NCBI GenBank assembly: GCA_028534125.1
Contig: CM052817.1
Span: 73,658,001 to 73,722,000, forward strand
DNA: 64,000 bases
Reading direction: 5' to 3'
DNA from: Lama glama
Lineage: Eukaryota
Shown here: positions 50,401 through 63,367 of the stretch, piece after piece
Position numbering within the stretch: position 1 is the first letter of the stretch
Layout of the letters: each line of letters begins with the position of its first letter
Position numbers and translations under genes: made by a program
The notes under the pieces: model-generated
Database searches by the model: none
What the model was told of the DNA's origin: nothing
The model's input: the letters and a program-made list of their open reading frames with translations, nothing else

Positions 50401-53400
50401 ATAGGGACTTCAGCCTCTACTTTCAGATTACAGCTGAGATAGAACTAGCTTTTGCTTTCAGTCCTTAATCACCTCTCTCTTTTGATGGATTTGAAACACA
50501 GTAATACAGATGAAATAATAACAGTAAAAGTGCCTGGGAATTTAAGAAGATATTGCAAATATGTCACATCGTGGAGGTTTTGAATTTCCCTTTCTGAATC
50601 ATGCACCACATTCAAGTGTCCTGCTCTAAGTGTGGCCAAACATGCAAATATTTGCTTTCTGAGTAATTTGCCCTAATGACTTTGAAGCATTTTTGAGAAA
50701 CAGTGGTGGCATTGTTCTGCCCAGGCAGAAAGCATATCCCTTGCCATGTCCACAGAGATTCCAGTAGTCTGCTGGCACATTATTAAGGCATGGGTGCTGC
50801 ACAGTATTTGCTAACCTTGCCTTCTAGGCAACACAATGTTAGGTATATAGGTTGTCAGGTCATCCAAGCCTTTGTGACAATCCTGCCTGGTGGCCACTCT
50901 TATTTCTTAGTTAAGCACTAGGAGTCAAACTGGAAAGGTCTTACCTTCTGAAGTAATGCTCTCTTTGGTGGACCCCTCTCACCCTTAGTTTTGATCAGGC
51001 TAAAAGCATCAGATCATTGGCAAGTTTGGAGACATCACAAATGTGAAAACTTCATTGGAAGTTCTGTTTTCATGGCTATAGTATCTTCTAGGTCTATAAT
51101 TTAAATCTGTTTAGCCAGCAAAGAGAAAATTTCAGCAGTCACAGGAGCAGCAGCGGTGTGTACCTGTCTTTCTTTTGCCCATTCTTGTTTAGGCATTCAA
51201 CTTTAGCAGTGGGACCACTATGGGAAGTGTTTTGGGCAGCGCTAATAATAGCAGCATGGATGTGATATTCAACAAGCATGAATTTTCTCTATTAGGGAAC
51301 GAATGAGAAGATTTTCCTGGGATGAAGAAAAGAGAGAAGGGTAGACAAAGACTAATTGCTCATCATTTAGAACAAGTGTCTTTTAAGACTTGTCAACATG
51401 TTTCTTGTTTGGTTCATAATTCAGTGTACTTTATAAACATTTTTTTTCTTTTGTAACAAAACACTACAAATTCCTTTCTAGGAAAATTCACCCCAAACAG
51501 GGTTAATATGTTTTCAAAGACTTAAAGTTTATTGCAATCTGGAAATAAATGGAAAGATCTGTCCTGCTTAAAATGTTTATAATGATCAAATCTGTTACTG
51601 TTAATGTGTAAAAGAAGAAGTTTAGGGCGATGAAGTCCAGTTAAACATTGATGTTATGAATCGTGCTCCCATCTGTGGCTGCCTTTTATTCATTTACTTA
51701 ACAAACATTTAATCCTATTGTGTGTATTTCACCTCAGTGAGAAGGTCAGTGAGAGAGATGAGGCATACTGTGTAAAAAGAGTACCAGTTGATAGTGGTGC
51801 CAACTTCATTCAAAAAGATAGAACAAATTAAGAGACTAACATAGGGGTAATTAAGACTTTCAGGGGAAAGTGAATTTTAGGAGGAGCTTTGAAAAAGACA
51901 ATGGATGTGTACTGATGGAGGAAGGGAGGGGCATGCTTGGCTGAAAGAGAAGCAAAATCGACGGCACAGTGGTAGAATGGGTCACGTATTAACGAGACAG
52001 AAACATGCCAGGAAACAATTCATGCTGTTAAAGCACTGTAAAATTAGTTATCAAGCACCTAGGAATATCATTCCCTAATCCGGAGTAGTTAGGTATTCCT
52101 TTTATGTGTGTAAGTACAGACTTTCAGATCTCAGCTCAATGAGGGGAGGAGGCTAGAGAGAAATTTTAGGGTTCACTTCCAGTTTTTAAGTTGCATGATT
52201 CTACGTGTGAAGACTGCTGAATATTTAATTTCTTGTTTTAAAAATAGTCAGCTAACTGATTCTAAAGGTGGGGGGAAAGGTGCTCCTCTTTCAACAGCTG
52301 CCAAAATCTTGGTTTATATTTTGAATGAAAGAGTTCATATATATTCAAGAAGAAGCAGCCATTGTTAAGGCTTTGTAAGGCATTGTAAAGCTTTAAGAAC
52401 CTTCTTCTAGAGAAGATGGAACAATTAAAAACACATCCTCTTAGAAGAGTTTATAACCACATCATTAAACATCATAGCTTACTTAATTTGGACAGTACGT
52501 GGTTCAAGTATGTGAAACATTTGATGAGAATTACCATATTATGCAAAATCATTACCTTAGTCTATATAAGAATAATTCAGGCAACATAGAAGGCTTTGCT
52601 AGAGACGTCTCAGCTGCCAGTCTAATCTTGTTACGCTATTGAAGCTCCATCGTTTTGAATACTTTCACCCCAACCTTTAACATTTAAAATGTTTAGGTTA
52701 TGCTCCTCTTTAACATGAATGGAGAAGTTATGTTCACACCCTGCCCCCCATGTTGTCCTAATATTGTAGGTTCAGTCAGTACATTTCTAAAAAGAGGTTT
52801 AAATGATGCTTTCACCTATAGCTGAAAGGTAAAAAATATTTCCACTGAATGCTGATAATGCCTTTCAGAAATTGGAGTTTAGGGCTCTAGTATTAAGTAA
52901 CATCCCCTAAGCTCATAAACTCTGGGATAAAGGGTTATTCAAACAGGATTGGTAAAAAAGCAACATGGGGGTCCTTACAGAAATCAAGCAAACATGATTT
53001 GAGTTCATAGGGCTTTGGGCAGCAATACAGAGTGATAGACTATTACAGGAACGCTGTTTTTAATGAAAAAAATGACAAAGCATTTCTAGTTTTTTTAAAA
53101 AGTGACAAATTGGAAAGGTGAGTTCTAGTCTATCAAATGTAATGTGGTTAATTTCTAAGTATCTTCCACTTCCTATTTCCCCAAATGATTGCTTTCAATT
53201 CAGTACACTTCATAAATATTTAGCATTTAATACAGAACATGTAGATGGATGATACAGAAAATCTAAGTCTGGACCCTACCAGTGAATAGTTTAAAACCTA
53301 TCTAGCAAAGAAGATATGCACACACAAAAGAAATAACCAATGAGGAAGGACAGCACTGTTAAAATAATTCTATACATAATGTTATGGGGGAAACCCTAAA

Positions 53401-53879
53401 GTGGGGGGAATGAAGTTCAACTCATTATGGTCTATAACAAAGTCTTGATTTTTTTCAAAAATCTACCATATATTTGCTGTGCTCACCTCATGGGAAACAA
53501 TTTCCTTCAAAAATCTGTACTATGGTTTCAAAGCTAGTATGTATGGTGTTGAAAGCCATTCTTTATTTTTTGTTTTATAGAGCTGAGGGAAACGTTGTCA
53601 AAATAATAAAAAGTAACAAGAAGTATAAATGAAGCCAAGTGCTTGTTCTCATTGGAACCATCATGAATAATGAAAAACTATGGATAATTTATAAAATTTA
53701 AAACATCCATATCAGTGTAAAATGAACCATTTTGAGGGATGTATTTCCAATGAGTTTTAAACGCTGCAAGGATGGCTAATTTTTTTCTGCAAATGATTAT
53801 GAAAAAAGAATAACGAATAATGTAGTAAGCCAAGTGGATGCTTCTTGGTTTAAGCAATTACAAGAGTAGTTTTTACCTG

Positions 53880-54387
53880 TCATGCCGGTGAAGCGAGGTC
53901 ATTAGCAGCTTTAGTGTTCTGTAGAAAGACCAAGAGGGAGAAACTCAAAGGCATTCACTGAGTCATGCAAAAATTCTCCTATGTAGAGACGTTTACACAG
54001 CAGGAACTTAAGTCCATGTGTAAAGCAGGCTGCTCGCATGCTGAAAAACAAAACACCACCCCTCCCTCGCCTGCTCCCCCTTGGCCTCACCCCCCTCACT
54101 CCATTGACATGCATAGCTGGCCTGGTAGGTGTAAAAATAGACTGGCAGCGCCTGAATTGGAAATGGTCACTGAAGGCAGCCTGCAGTTGCTGGGGTTTTG
54201 AGTTCTCTCTGACACCAGCAACCCGGTCAGCAGATGGGGAGAGCTGGTGAGGGGCGTGTAGGGGAACTGAGCAGAGGAGCCAAGGGTCGTCTGGATGAAT
54301 CGTCCCCGTTAGTGTCCCCCTGGGAGCCCTGGACAGAGCACAGACGGCAAAGACCGGCCCACTGACGGCAGAAACCGTAGAACTGAG
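53880..54387 (+). promoter_or_regulatory. Putative promoter and 5'UTR of the MGNAAL exon
   Basis: CpG-enriched, with AP-1 site TGAGTCA at 53959-53965, CACCC/C-rich boxes at about 54055-54100, MEF2-like gtaaaaatag at 54131-54140 and E-boxes. Confidence 0.55.
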
Positions 54388-54522
54388 ATGGGGAATGCAG
54401 CTCTCTGCCCGTCTTGCCAGGCGGATAAGAGCGTAAGAGCACAGGGACACTTGCAGGAATTGGACAAAACCCCAGACTACTATGGCTGTAACAGCGAGGA
54501 CACCAAAGAACTGGGGGTGCGG
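54388..54522 (+). CDS. ANK2: Probable alternative first coding exon of ankyrin-B, 45 aa: MGNAALCPSCQADKSVRAQGHLQELDKTPDYYGCNSEDTKELGVR
   Basis: Strong Kozak gagATGG and a consensus donor CGG|gtaagt at 54523 in phase 0, the same phase as the 28827 exon. It sits in one of the most GC/CpG-rich stretches of the window. The assignment to ANK2 is inferred from position, strand and phase. Confidence 0.7.
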
Positions 54523-54933
54523 GTAAGTTCTAAGCCACGAACAGGAGGACAAAAGGATGGTGGCATGAGACTCAACGTTGGCCCTTACTGGTTAAACCTC
54601 TAAACTTCCTGGGAGGAAGCTGACGGAACAAAACCAATGTGATCAAACCAGCTGACAGTTTCTGATTCAGTGGCCTGCTGCTGTTTCCTCTGGGTGCTCC
54701 CAAGTGCTCGTATTTTTTCCTTCTGAGCTGGCTTCAGCTAGGAATTGACATTTGGGAATAAGTCAGAGTGATGTCTCTTTAACTCGAAATTTTGTCCAAA
54801 GCTAAACATATATTTTATGATAGAGTGACTTGCAGCAATATTGCAGAGATTCACTTACATTCAGGCTGTTAAATTATTTTGCCTGTGTGTATATTCATAG
54901 TTCATTTTTATGAGGTCACAGAAGATTTTTTAA

Positions 54934-55065
54934 AATTCTTTAAAAATTATTTTTTTGAGGGGGAAGTTAATTAGGTTTATTCATTTATTTATTTTTAGAG
55001 CAGGTACTGGGGTTTGAACCCAGAACCTCCTGTGCTCTACCACTTGAACTATATCTTCCCCCCCA
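54934..55065 (-). mobile_element. Camelid SINE with an internal deletion
   Basis: SINE head and taattaggttt segment; the anticodon-arm region is missing. Perfect 16-bp TSD acagaagattttttaa at 54918-54933 and 55066-55081. Confidence 0.88.
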
Positions 55066-56267
55066 ACAGAAGATTTTTTAAGCACGTGCTAATTTCGAAT
55101 CCCAACTTTAGACTATAAAGGCGTTTTATTTCTAATATTTTACTAACTTCAGTGCAAAGACCTTTAAATACTGTTCTGGTTATGATAATATTTTGTGCCG
55201 ACGCCTAAAAGTTGAGCAATCAAATATCTAAGTTGACTTTCAGACTTTAGTAATTCATAATCATGGTATGTTCCTTAAAGTGGTTACAAAAGGCTTATTG
55301 TGATTTTGGGGAGGGGGAGGGCAAAAAATCTCTCTGAAATATTTTGATTTTCAAGTTGCTGGAGGCTAAAGTTTATCTTTGATCTGTCAGATGCAGGAAT
55401 TTGACCTTATAGCGAGTCGTTTATTTCAGAGGGAAGCCATGAAACTAAGATTCGGAGGATTTCTGAATGGGAGAAACGGAGAGGTTGTACTTCACAGGGG
55501 TGCCCGGTATTTCCAGGAGGGAGGGCTCAGAGGAGGTTTCCTTCTCTCTTTGGCTTTTGCTCTGACCTGGATGAACCTGATAATTTCGTAGCATTGATGT
55601 TCCATCAGATCCCAGTGAAACTGAAACAGAAACTAAGAGCTTATCAATAAAAACGTGTTTGCAGTTAGCAAAATTGAAAAGAAAGTCAGGTCAGTACGGT
55701 AGTGACAAACAAGGGCAGTGCTTCCAGAATTGGAAAGAAGCCACCCCAGGCAAGAGATTTAGCAAAAAGTTGGGGAGTGAGGCGATCCCACTGGGGTGGG
55801 AGAGCACCTGCCTTAACAGCCGCACAGCCCTCGTTTGTGACCAGGGGCTGGTGCATTTCTCCTTCTGGGTTAGACTTTATGGTTTAAGTGGCCTCCACCC
55901 ACTAGGAGCCTCACTCGGGATTTCTGAGCGGTCACTGAAGTGCAATTTCTGGACTGAGGGCCCCCCCGAAAAAGGGTGAACATTTAGGTAACTCTTTGGT
56001 ACCTTTACAAGCTTACTTAGTTGCAATATATAAATAATAAATGCCCTAACAAATAACTACCTGATTTAAAAGGTAGTTTCTAGGAATTTAAAAAAAATTA
56101 ATTTAGCATTTAGACTATTCTTTAAAATATTAGTTAATAATTCCTTCAAAATTTTGAAGTTACACAAATGTATTCCATTTTTTCACCTTTTAAAAACCAT
56201 TAAAATGTAATGCATGTAATTTATTTTAATTAGAGGCACTTTAAAAATTAAATATAAAAGCCAATTT

Positions 56268-56410
56268 AAATTTTTTTTTAATTTTTATTTTTGGAGGGTG
56301 GGGGATGTAATTAGGTTTGTTTGTTTGTTTGTTTAACGGAGGTACTGGAGATTGAGCCAAGGACCTATGATGCTAGGCATGGGCTCTGCCACTGAGCTAT
56401 ACCCTCTCCC
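56268..56410 (-). mobile_element. Camelid SINE
   Basis: ggaggtactggagattgagccaaggacc...ccactgagctataccctctccc and a taattaggtttg segment. Degenerate TSD taaaagccaattt / taaaaacctattt. Confidence 0.85.
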
Positions 56411-57782
56411 TAAAAACCTATTTTTTTCAATATAAAGAACAGAAGTCGTGATATCTTGATGCACTGATAGGTTCTTTTAGGTAACAAAGAGGATGTGTTA
56501 GTGTGATTTTGAGGTCCAAGGGCTGAAATGAGAAATTCATCCAAAACTTCAGAGTTCAGAATATGATTGAAAACTTTTTAAAAAGAAATAATCCATAGTG
56601 ATGTCATTCTCTTGTTGAAATCCTTCTAACCCTCTTAGTATAGCCCTGGAAAAAAAAAAGTGAGTTGATTCTTTAAAAAATTATTATGATCTGATTTCTC
56701 TGAATTAAGTAATATAACGTGCCGATCATTGAATAAACTCTTCTGTCAATGACGTTATAGACAGGAGCATACAGTGATTTTTGTGACATGGAAAGTTATG
56801 GTAGAAATGGAAATGCACCTGTTATCTACCTTCTGAAGGGATATTGTACTCGGGATTTCATCACTTTAGACACAGGGGGGAAAAAGTTAGTTCATAATAC
56901 CAAGAATGACTGAAGCAAAATATGTAGTTCTATCCAGCTTAAGTTTCCCAAACTTAAGAACTCTATCACCTTACTTTATTTTTAAATAGCTACTAGAAGA
57001 CTGAAGTCACTGCTTACATCGTCTAGGTACATTTCTTAATTAGCCCCTTTTCATCATTTATGCTTGTCACAATTAATGATTAAGTTAATTGGTTCAGAAC
57101 TTATTAACAGATATTTTTATAATTTTTTTTGAGGGGTAAAACAGAAACAGAGGTCCTTAGCACTTTTTTTCTTCTGGAAATTAACTTAGAAATGTTTTAT
57201 AGAGTTTATTGTGTTTTTAGGCCAAAAAATTCAAATAAATACATTGTCCAGCTTTATTCATAATCAGAACTAAACTCATGGAAAAAATACAAATTTTGAG
57301 GTTCTAAAACTTCTGAGCTTTATGTAAATTAAAGCTTCATTCTTTTCTGTAAGTTTTATTTAGAATTTTGAATAGTTTGACATTTATTTTATACAGATGA
57401 GTATAGCCATGTGGAATAAATCAGTTTCCAGGAATTGTGTTGGAAGTAAACAAACAAAAAATAATTTCTTCTTGAACAATATTGTTGTATGTCCATATTT
57501 GAAATTCCACTTACAGGCTTTCACATTTTTTTATAAGATTAAAAAAATCAGACCAGAATTTATTTCTAGATATGGTACATAGTTAAACCTAGAAATTATA
57601 TCAAAAAAGTAGAAAATGAAACTAAACATTGTTTCGGCAATATAATAATTTTCTAAGCCTTAAAGCAACTTTAAAAGATAATAGCAAAAAAGGTGAACAG
57701 CTAATATGCCACAAAATTTTAAAATTCTATACCTGGACAAATAACACATTATTTTAAAATAAATATACAAATTAATACTTAA

Positions 57783-57945
57783 ATCAGCTCTGAACTCTGC
57801 AAACTCTGTAAAGGGCCATAGAGTGAATGTTACACTTTGTGGGCTTGTGATCTCTGGTGCAGCTATTCAGCTCTGTTGTTGTCTGAACAAAAGCAGCCAT
57901 AAGCAGGAGGTAAACAAATAGACCTGGCTGTATTCCAACAGTTCC
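57783..57945. mobile_element. hAT-Charlie DNA transposon relic (MER58A-like)
   Basis: ctgtaaagggccatagagtgaat...cagctattcagctctg...aaagcagccata...aacaaatagacctggctgtattccaa. Confidence 0.75.
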
Positions 57946-59409
57946 TAAATTTTCTGTGATTAAATTATCAATTGCTAACATTTTCAATTCCTAAATATTA
58001 ATTTTAGTTACAATTTTTCTGTTTTATAAAGATACACATTAAAACGATAAAATAAAATATTCTGTCTGTTAACAAAGATATAAAATATAATAATATTCAG
58101 TCTTAGAAGATTGTGTTGAAACTTGTAGACATTCCTGGGTGTGTTGTAAATTTTTCTAATTATTTGGAAAGCAATTTGGAAATACATTTCAAACGAGTTA
58201 CAGCTAGCTTCTCTTTTCCTTTTTGCTAGTGCAGTGAGGACTCTAGTAGCAGGGAGGTATTTGAGTGGAGGAAAAGAGTAGGCAAACCTTCTGTGCAGAC
58301 TCCCACCCCCAACCACAGATAATGGACTAGGCTGGACTGCAGTCCCTCTGTTGTACTGTATTTCCAAGTCCATCCCTCCCTTCACTCAAAATTTGAGGAC
58401 ACCAGAGAGCTCTACTCCCAGAGACCTTATTCCAAATCCACAGAGAAAAAAAAATGTCTGCCTTCCTCATGAAGATGTAAGACTTACGAGCTCATGTTAG
58501 GGTTTTCCTCTGAAATGTGGTTGCCTCTTATGTTAGTCCTTGAAGGACACGAAGATCTGCTATTATCCCCATCAACCTGACAGTTCCAAAAAGAGGAAGC
58601 AGGTGGGGCAGAGACAGTCAAGAACAAAATTCAGCTGTATTCACGTTCTTATTCAGAATAAGTCCTACTAATAGTTCTGAATGTTTCTGTTGATTGCAGA
58701 AGGAAAAACCACATTATCTCTCAGATACCTTTTTGTTTTCATTTACGCAGATGATTGGTATGTATATACCAGGTTCACTTATGAAAGCAGAGGCTCTTAG
58801 AGATGCCTTACAGACTTCATCCTGGGCCCTAGAGAAGCTCTGTCTGGGACATGAGTCAGCAAAGCCATGCAGGGGCTAAGTGGGCTCCAGATGGACGGCT
58901 TCTTGACCATGCTTTGGTAAAGTGCAATCTAGAACAGCATCAGGAATATGTCTTATTTCTTGTTCTTCTTCTTGGCATGAATTTTTGTTATGGCATCATT
59001 TATAGATTTGCATATTGACCTAAGTGCTCTCTATATTTTTCTTGCAATGGGACCATGTGCTTTTATTGTAGTTTCTTTACCATATCAGATTAATTTGCTT
59101 CATCCCAACAGCAAAACCATAAATGTGATGCTTCATCACAAATATTCCTTAGGTTATCTGTCCTAGCTGATTTTTAAGTTAGTACATCCTTCTCTTTTTA
59201 CCGTGTATCCTCAGAGATTTTTCTGTTCTTGTTTCATTTATTTTAACATCTTTTCCCAATTATAATAGATAATTTTATCTTCTTTATGTCAGCCTTCTGG
59301 TTATAGTATACATATTCTTGGGAATTGAGCCCATGAGCAGTGAATTCTGCTTTTACAGCGAAAACAATTCAGTACTTTTCTGCTCTGCTGAATCAAAAGA
59401 TAGTAACTC

Positions 59410-60060
59410 AGTCAGCAGATCTTTATTGAGCTAGATATCATTCAAAATGCTGGTGATATGTTGGCAAGACAGAGAGGAGACAAACGGTAACCCAGCGTAG
59501 GGAAATGCAGGGAGCATGCTGCCCAGGTGAGGTAGGAGTGCACTGGGCGTGGCCAAGGGCCAGGGAGGGCGCATGGCTGCAACGTAGTGAACACAGGAGA
59601 CAGTGGCAACAAGGTCTGAGGTGCAGGCACAGGCCCACCTTGGCAGAAATTTAGATTTCTCTCTGAAAGCAGTGGGTCTTGGAAAACAGTCTGGATTTCA
59701 TTCTAAGAACAGTGGGAAACCTCTGAAGGATTTTAGTCAGAGAAATAGTAGGACTCCATTTATACTTCAAAAGCTCTCTCTCTGTCTCTGTCTCTGTCTC
59801 TGTCTCTCTCTCTGCTTGGTGGAGAACGGATTGTATATTCCATCAAGCGAGGAAGAACAGAGGCCAATTTAAGGCGTCCCAGAAACCCCTGAGGAGAACG
59901 ATGACATAGTATTAAATTAGGGTCTTAGTGTTGTGAGAAGTGACAGATTCCGGATGTATTTTTGTTTTTACTGAAGGATTGTTTTGGCTTATAAAAGAAA
60001 GAGAAACAGTTATTGACTTAAGCCAGTAATTATAAGACAGTGCTATTTACTAAGGTGGAG
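59410..60060 (-). mobile_element. L2 LINE remnant with an internal (CTCTGT)n repeat
   Basis: tttattgagc; ggatttcattctaagaacagtgggaaacctctgaaggattttagtcag; gtggagaacggattg. Confidence 0.6.
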
Positions 60061-60926
60061 TAGGGTGTGTGTGTGTGGTGTGTATGTGTGAGAGAGAGAT
60101 GATTCTTTATCTACGAAGCATACAGTATGTCAAGAGAGTTAAACTTTTTTCAGTTTTGAGTTCTAAGAGGATAGAAATAGGGACCTTCAAGGATATAGTG
60201 AACATCCCCTTCAGTAGCCTTTTTATAACTGCTGTGAGAAAGCTTTCTTCATATAGTTTTGCTATTAACCTGAAAAAGATCCAAGAGTGTAATGAAAATC
60301 ATGCTGATAAAGCATTTTTGAAAATATGAAATGATATAGAGCCTGATTATGTGACTTTTGGATGGTTTATTTAAAGATAAGTTTTGAAAGAAGATACGTT
60401 ACGGCTTCTGTGCTCTAGGAACTTTCAATCTCGTTTTAGAGACAGGACTTATCCACGTATAATCCCTTAACTATCAGAGTCAACAGGCAAGTGAGTGGTA
60501 ATGGGAGTGGTGAAATGAATACCCATGAGATGCCACAGAAGGAGAGGTACAGTGCAGACCACGGTGCTTTGGGAATGCCCCACGGACAGGGCTGAGGCTC
60601 AGCCAGTGTGGAGCAGAGCAGCTGTACTGACTGTTCACACTTGGCAATGCTTCCAAACAGGCTAATACTGCTTCTAGGAGCCCACCAAGCTGCTGGTTCT
60701 ACTGTTAAGGATGTGGAGCCTGTCCCCAGGATCCCTCAGTCCACTTCCATCCCCAAAATGAGCAAACAAAGGACTAATGCCTGGACCAGCTAGGGGTCTC
60801 CAGGGCCACCTTCCTCCAGTGCTACGGCCAGCATCCGTTGTGATTGCTTGGTGCCTAAACTGTACCAGTTGTTAAATATTTTGAATATCCCTTCTGCCAA
60901 TGGAGAAGTTGGAGCCTGTAGTCGAT

Positions 60927-61378
60927 TTTTTAATTTTAAATCTTTAAATTTAGGTATAGTTGTACAATATTATATGTTTCAGGTGTACACCATATTGATT
61001 CACAGTTTTTAAAGGTTATACTCCATTTATAGTTATTATAAAATATTGGCTATATTCCCTGTGCTGTACAATATATCCTTGTAGCTTATTTATTTTATAT
61101 ATAGTAGTTTGTACCTCTTAATCTCCTAACTTGCGCCTCCCCCTTCTCTCTCCTGCTGCTGGTAATGACTAGTTTGCTCTCTCTGAGTCTGTTTCTTTTT
61201 ATATTCTCTAGTTTATTTTTTGGATTCCATATGGAAGTGTTATATATAGTATTTGTCGTTCTCTGTCTGACTTATTTCACTTAGCATAATACCCTCCAAG
61301 TCCATCCATGCTGTTGCAATGGCAAAATTTCATTCTTTTTTTTAATGGCTGAGTTGTAATCCATTGTATAGATATACT
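60927..61378 (-). mobile_element. 5'-truncated LINE-1 (ORF2 end and 3'UTR)
   Basis: Antisense L1 motifs (ttccctgtgctgtacaata; gacttatttcacttagcataataccctccaagtccatccatgctgttgca; aatggctgag). The 14-bp TSD is agcctgtagtcgat (60913-60926) / agcctgaagtagat (61379-61392). Confidence 0.9.
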
Positions 61379-63367
61379 AGCCTGAAGTAGATCTTGGAAG
61401 CAGAGTACAATCTTGGTTCCTGTTGGGAAGAAGGTACGTTCGGAAATCATTTATTGAGCATCTGCTAAATGCCAGGCACTGGGCCTATCAAGATGAATAA
61501 GACATGCAACCTTGGCTTAAAGGAACATAATCCAAGGATGGACAAAGCAGGAGTCCCAATATTGTGTTCCAGTGTGATGAGAAAGCATGTTTCAGAGGGT
61601 TACAAAAAAGTCAAATCTTGAATCATTATGAGCAGATCACAAGCTCAGTCTTGGAGTCAGTGGTAACATTAGGATGATAGAGAAGCAGTGTATAAATCCC
61701 CATGGCTGTAACACCGATAAGAGTTCCAAAAGGCATTTCTGAAAACATTTAAAGTACCTGGAGACTAAGATGTTTTAATTCTAACCTACTCAAAAAACAA
61801 AAAAAAAGAAGTACCCTGCTATACAAATGTAAACACATTACTACTGTGAAATATTAATTGTATAAAACATATTTGCTGTAGTAATTCCTGTAATTATTAT
61901 GCATTCTCTAAATTAAGTTGCACGTAAAATGCAATAGATGCCTTTCAGTGAAAGAGTACACTGTGATAAGAGGAATTATTATAATATAAAAAATGTCTAC
62001 TTCTATTATATTTTTCTTACAATGAGGTTCATCCAAACAAACATAATTATTTATTTAAATTATGTAGTACTTAAAAATTTTTTCTTCTATATTTCATAAG
62101 ATTAGTTCTACTGGACGTACAGTGGCTTTTTCAAGGTCACATGTAGGGTGGAGCTGAGAATGCTCTGTGGAGAGAGAGTTGTCTTTTCAACCATATTTTG
62201 TTTCCTTCCCACACAGACATCTGCTGTCTTTCTTACCCACTTTCAGTTGCTGTTTTGGATTGAATGCCCTTTTAATGGATGAAACTTAAAATTTATTTGG
62301 CCATAGGAAATAGCTACTGGTTTTCTGATTCCTTCATTTTCATTTAAAGGTTTCTCCTTGAAATGTGGGATATATTATTATCACATTTGATTGTCAACAT
62401 TTTAAGAGTTTGACTTTTCAAAGCTGACATTCACATCGTATTTGTGTAAGCTTATGTGGCTACAGTAAAACTGTTTTTTTTACCTTTAAAATCTGCTTGT
62501 AAGAAGTACAAATATTATAGTGATCATCTGCAGTATAATCACTTCATTGGTGTCTTTGAGCTTATGAATTATATCTAAAAGCTATGTGAAAGCCAGGTGT
62601 TAAATAGTAGAGGTTGTGAGTTGAAACTGTTTTTGATGAATTATAAATGTTGCTGACATGTTTAAAATTTGGGATTTTGGGGATACTCTTTACCTACCTC
62701 AGTTATCAATGAGTTTCAAAAGATTATACTTTGAAGTATAATCTTATGTTCTACCTGATACTGTAGCAATTTCTACATTCTAGTATAGCAACTCCATTAG
62801 ATAAACACATCATGTACTTAAAAATTGACGCTGTAAGATTGATAATTTGTCTAACAATGAATTCTCATTTCATTAAGGAAAAGATCTCTCCAGGCAGAAA
62901 TAATGTATTAAAATTAGAGTTTGAAGTCTCTTTAGATTTGCTCCTTTAGAATCATACCCTTCTAGATTGTCAGCCTTCTGAAGGAAATTAGTTAGAAAGC
63001 ATCTACTAAGACACCTAGTAAAACAGAAGCACACAGGAGCATTTGCAACTCTTTTCTTTGTGAAAACCACTGGTTGTCACATATGTATTTTTTTAGATTT
63101 ACAAAAGGAAAAAGTCATTTTTCAGAAGTAAAAGACACTCAACAGTTTTCTGTTAGTAAGGCATATGTTTCACAAAATCGTCCATATATCTGTCATACAT
63201 CATTATTTCTTTTGAAAAATAGCTGATCTAATTCCGTTTCTCATGCATTTTTGCACCATGCATTCTGACAGACTAAATGATGGAGGCTGGCATAAGGGAT
63301 AAAGTGTATTTGGGTTGTGTAATAAATACAGAGAATGAAAGGTCTAGCTAATCCTTTATGTCATCAC

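Noticed and set aside
53911..54552. 213-aa minus-strand ORF, the longest in the track
   Set aside because: It has a non-ATG start and no recognisable domain. It is explained by stop-codon depletion in the GC-rich promoter/exon on the opposite strand.
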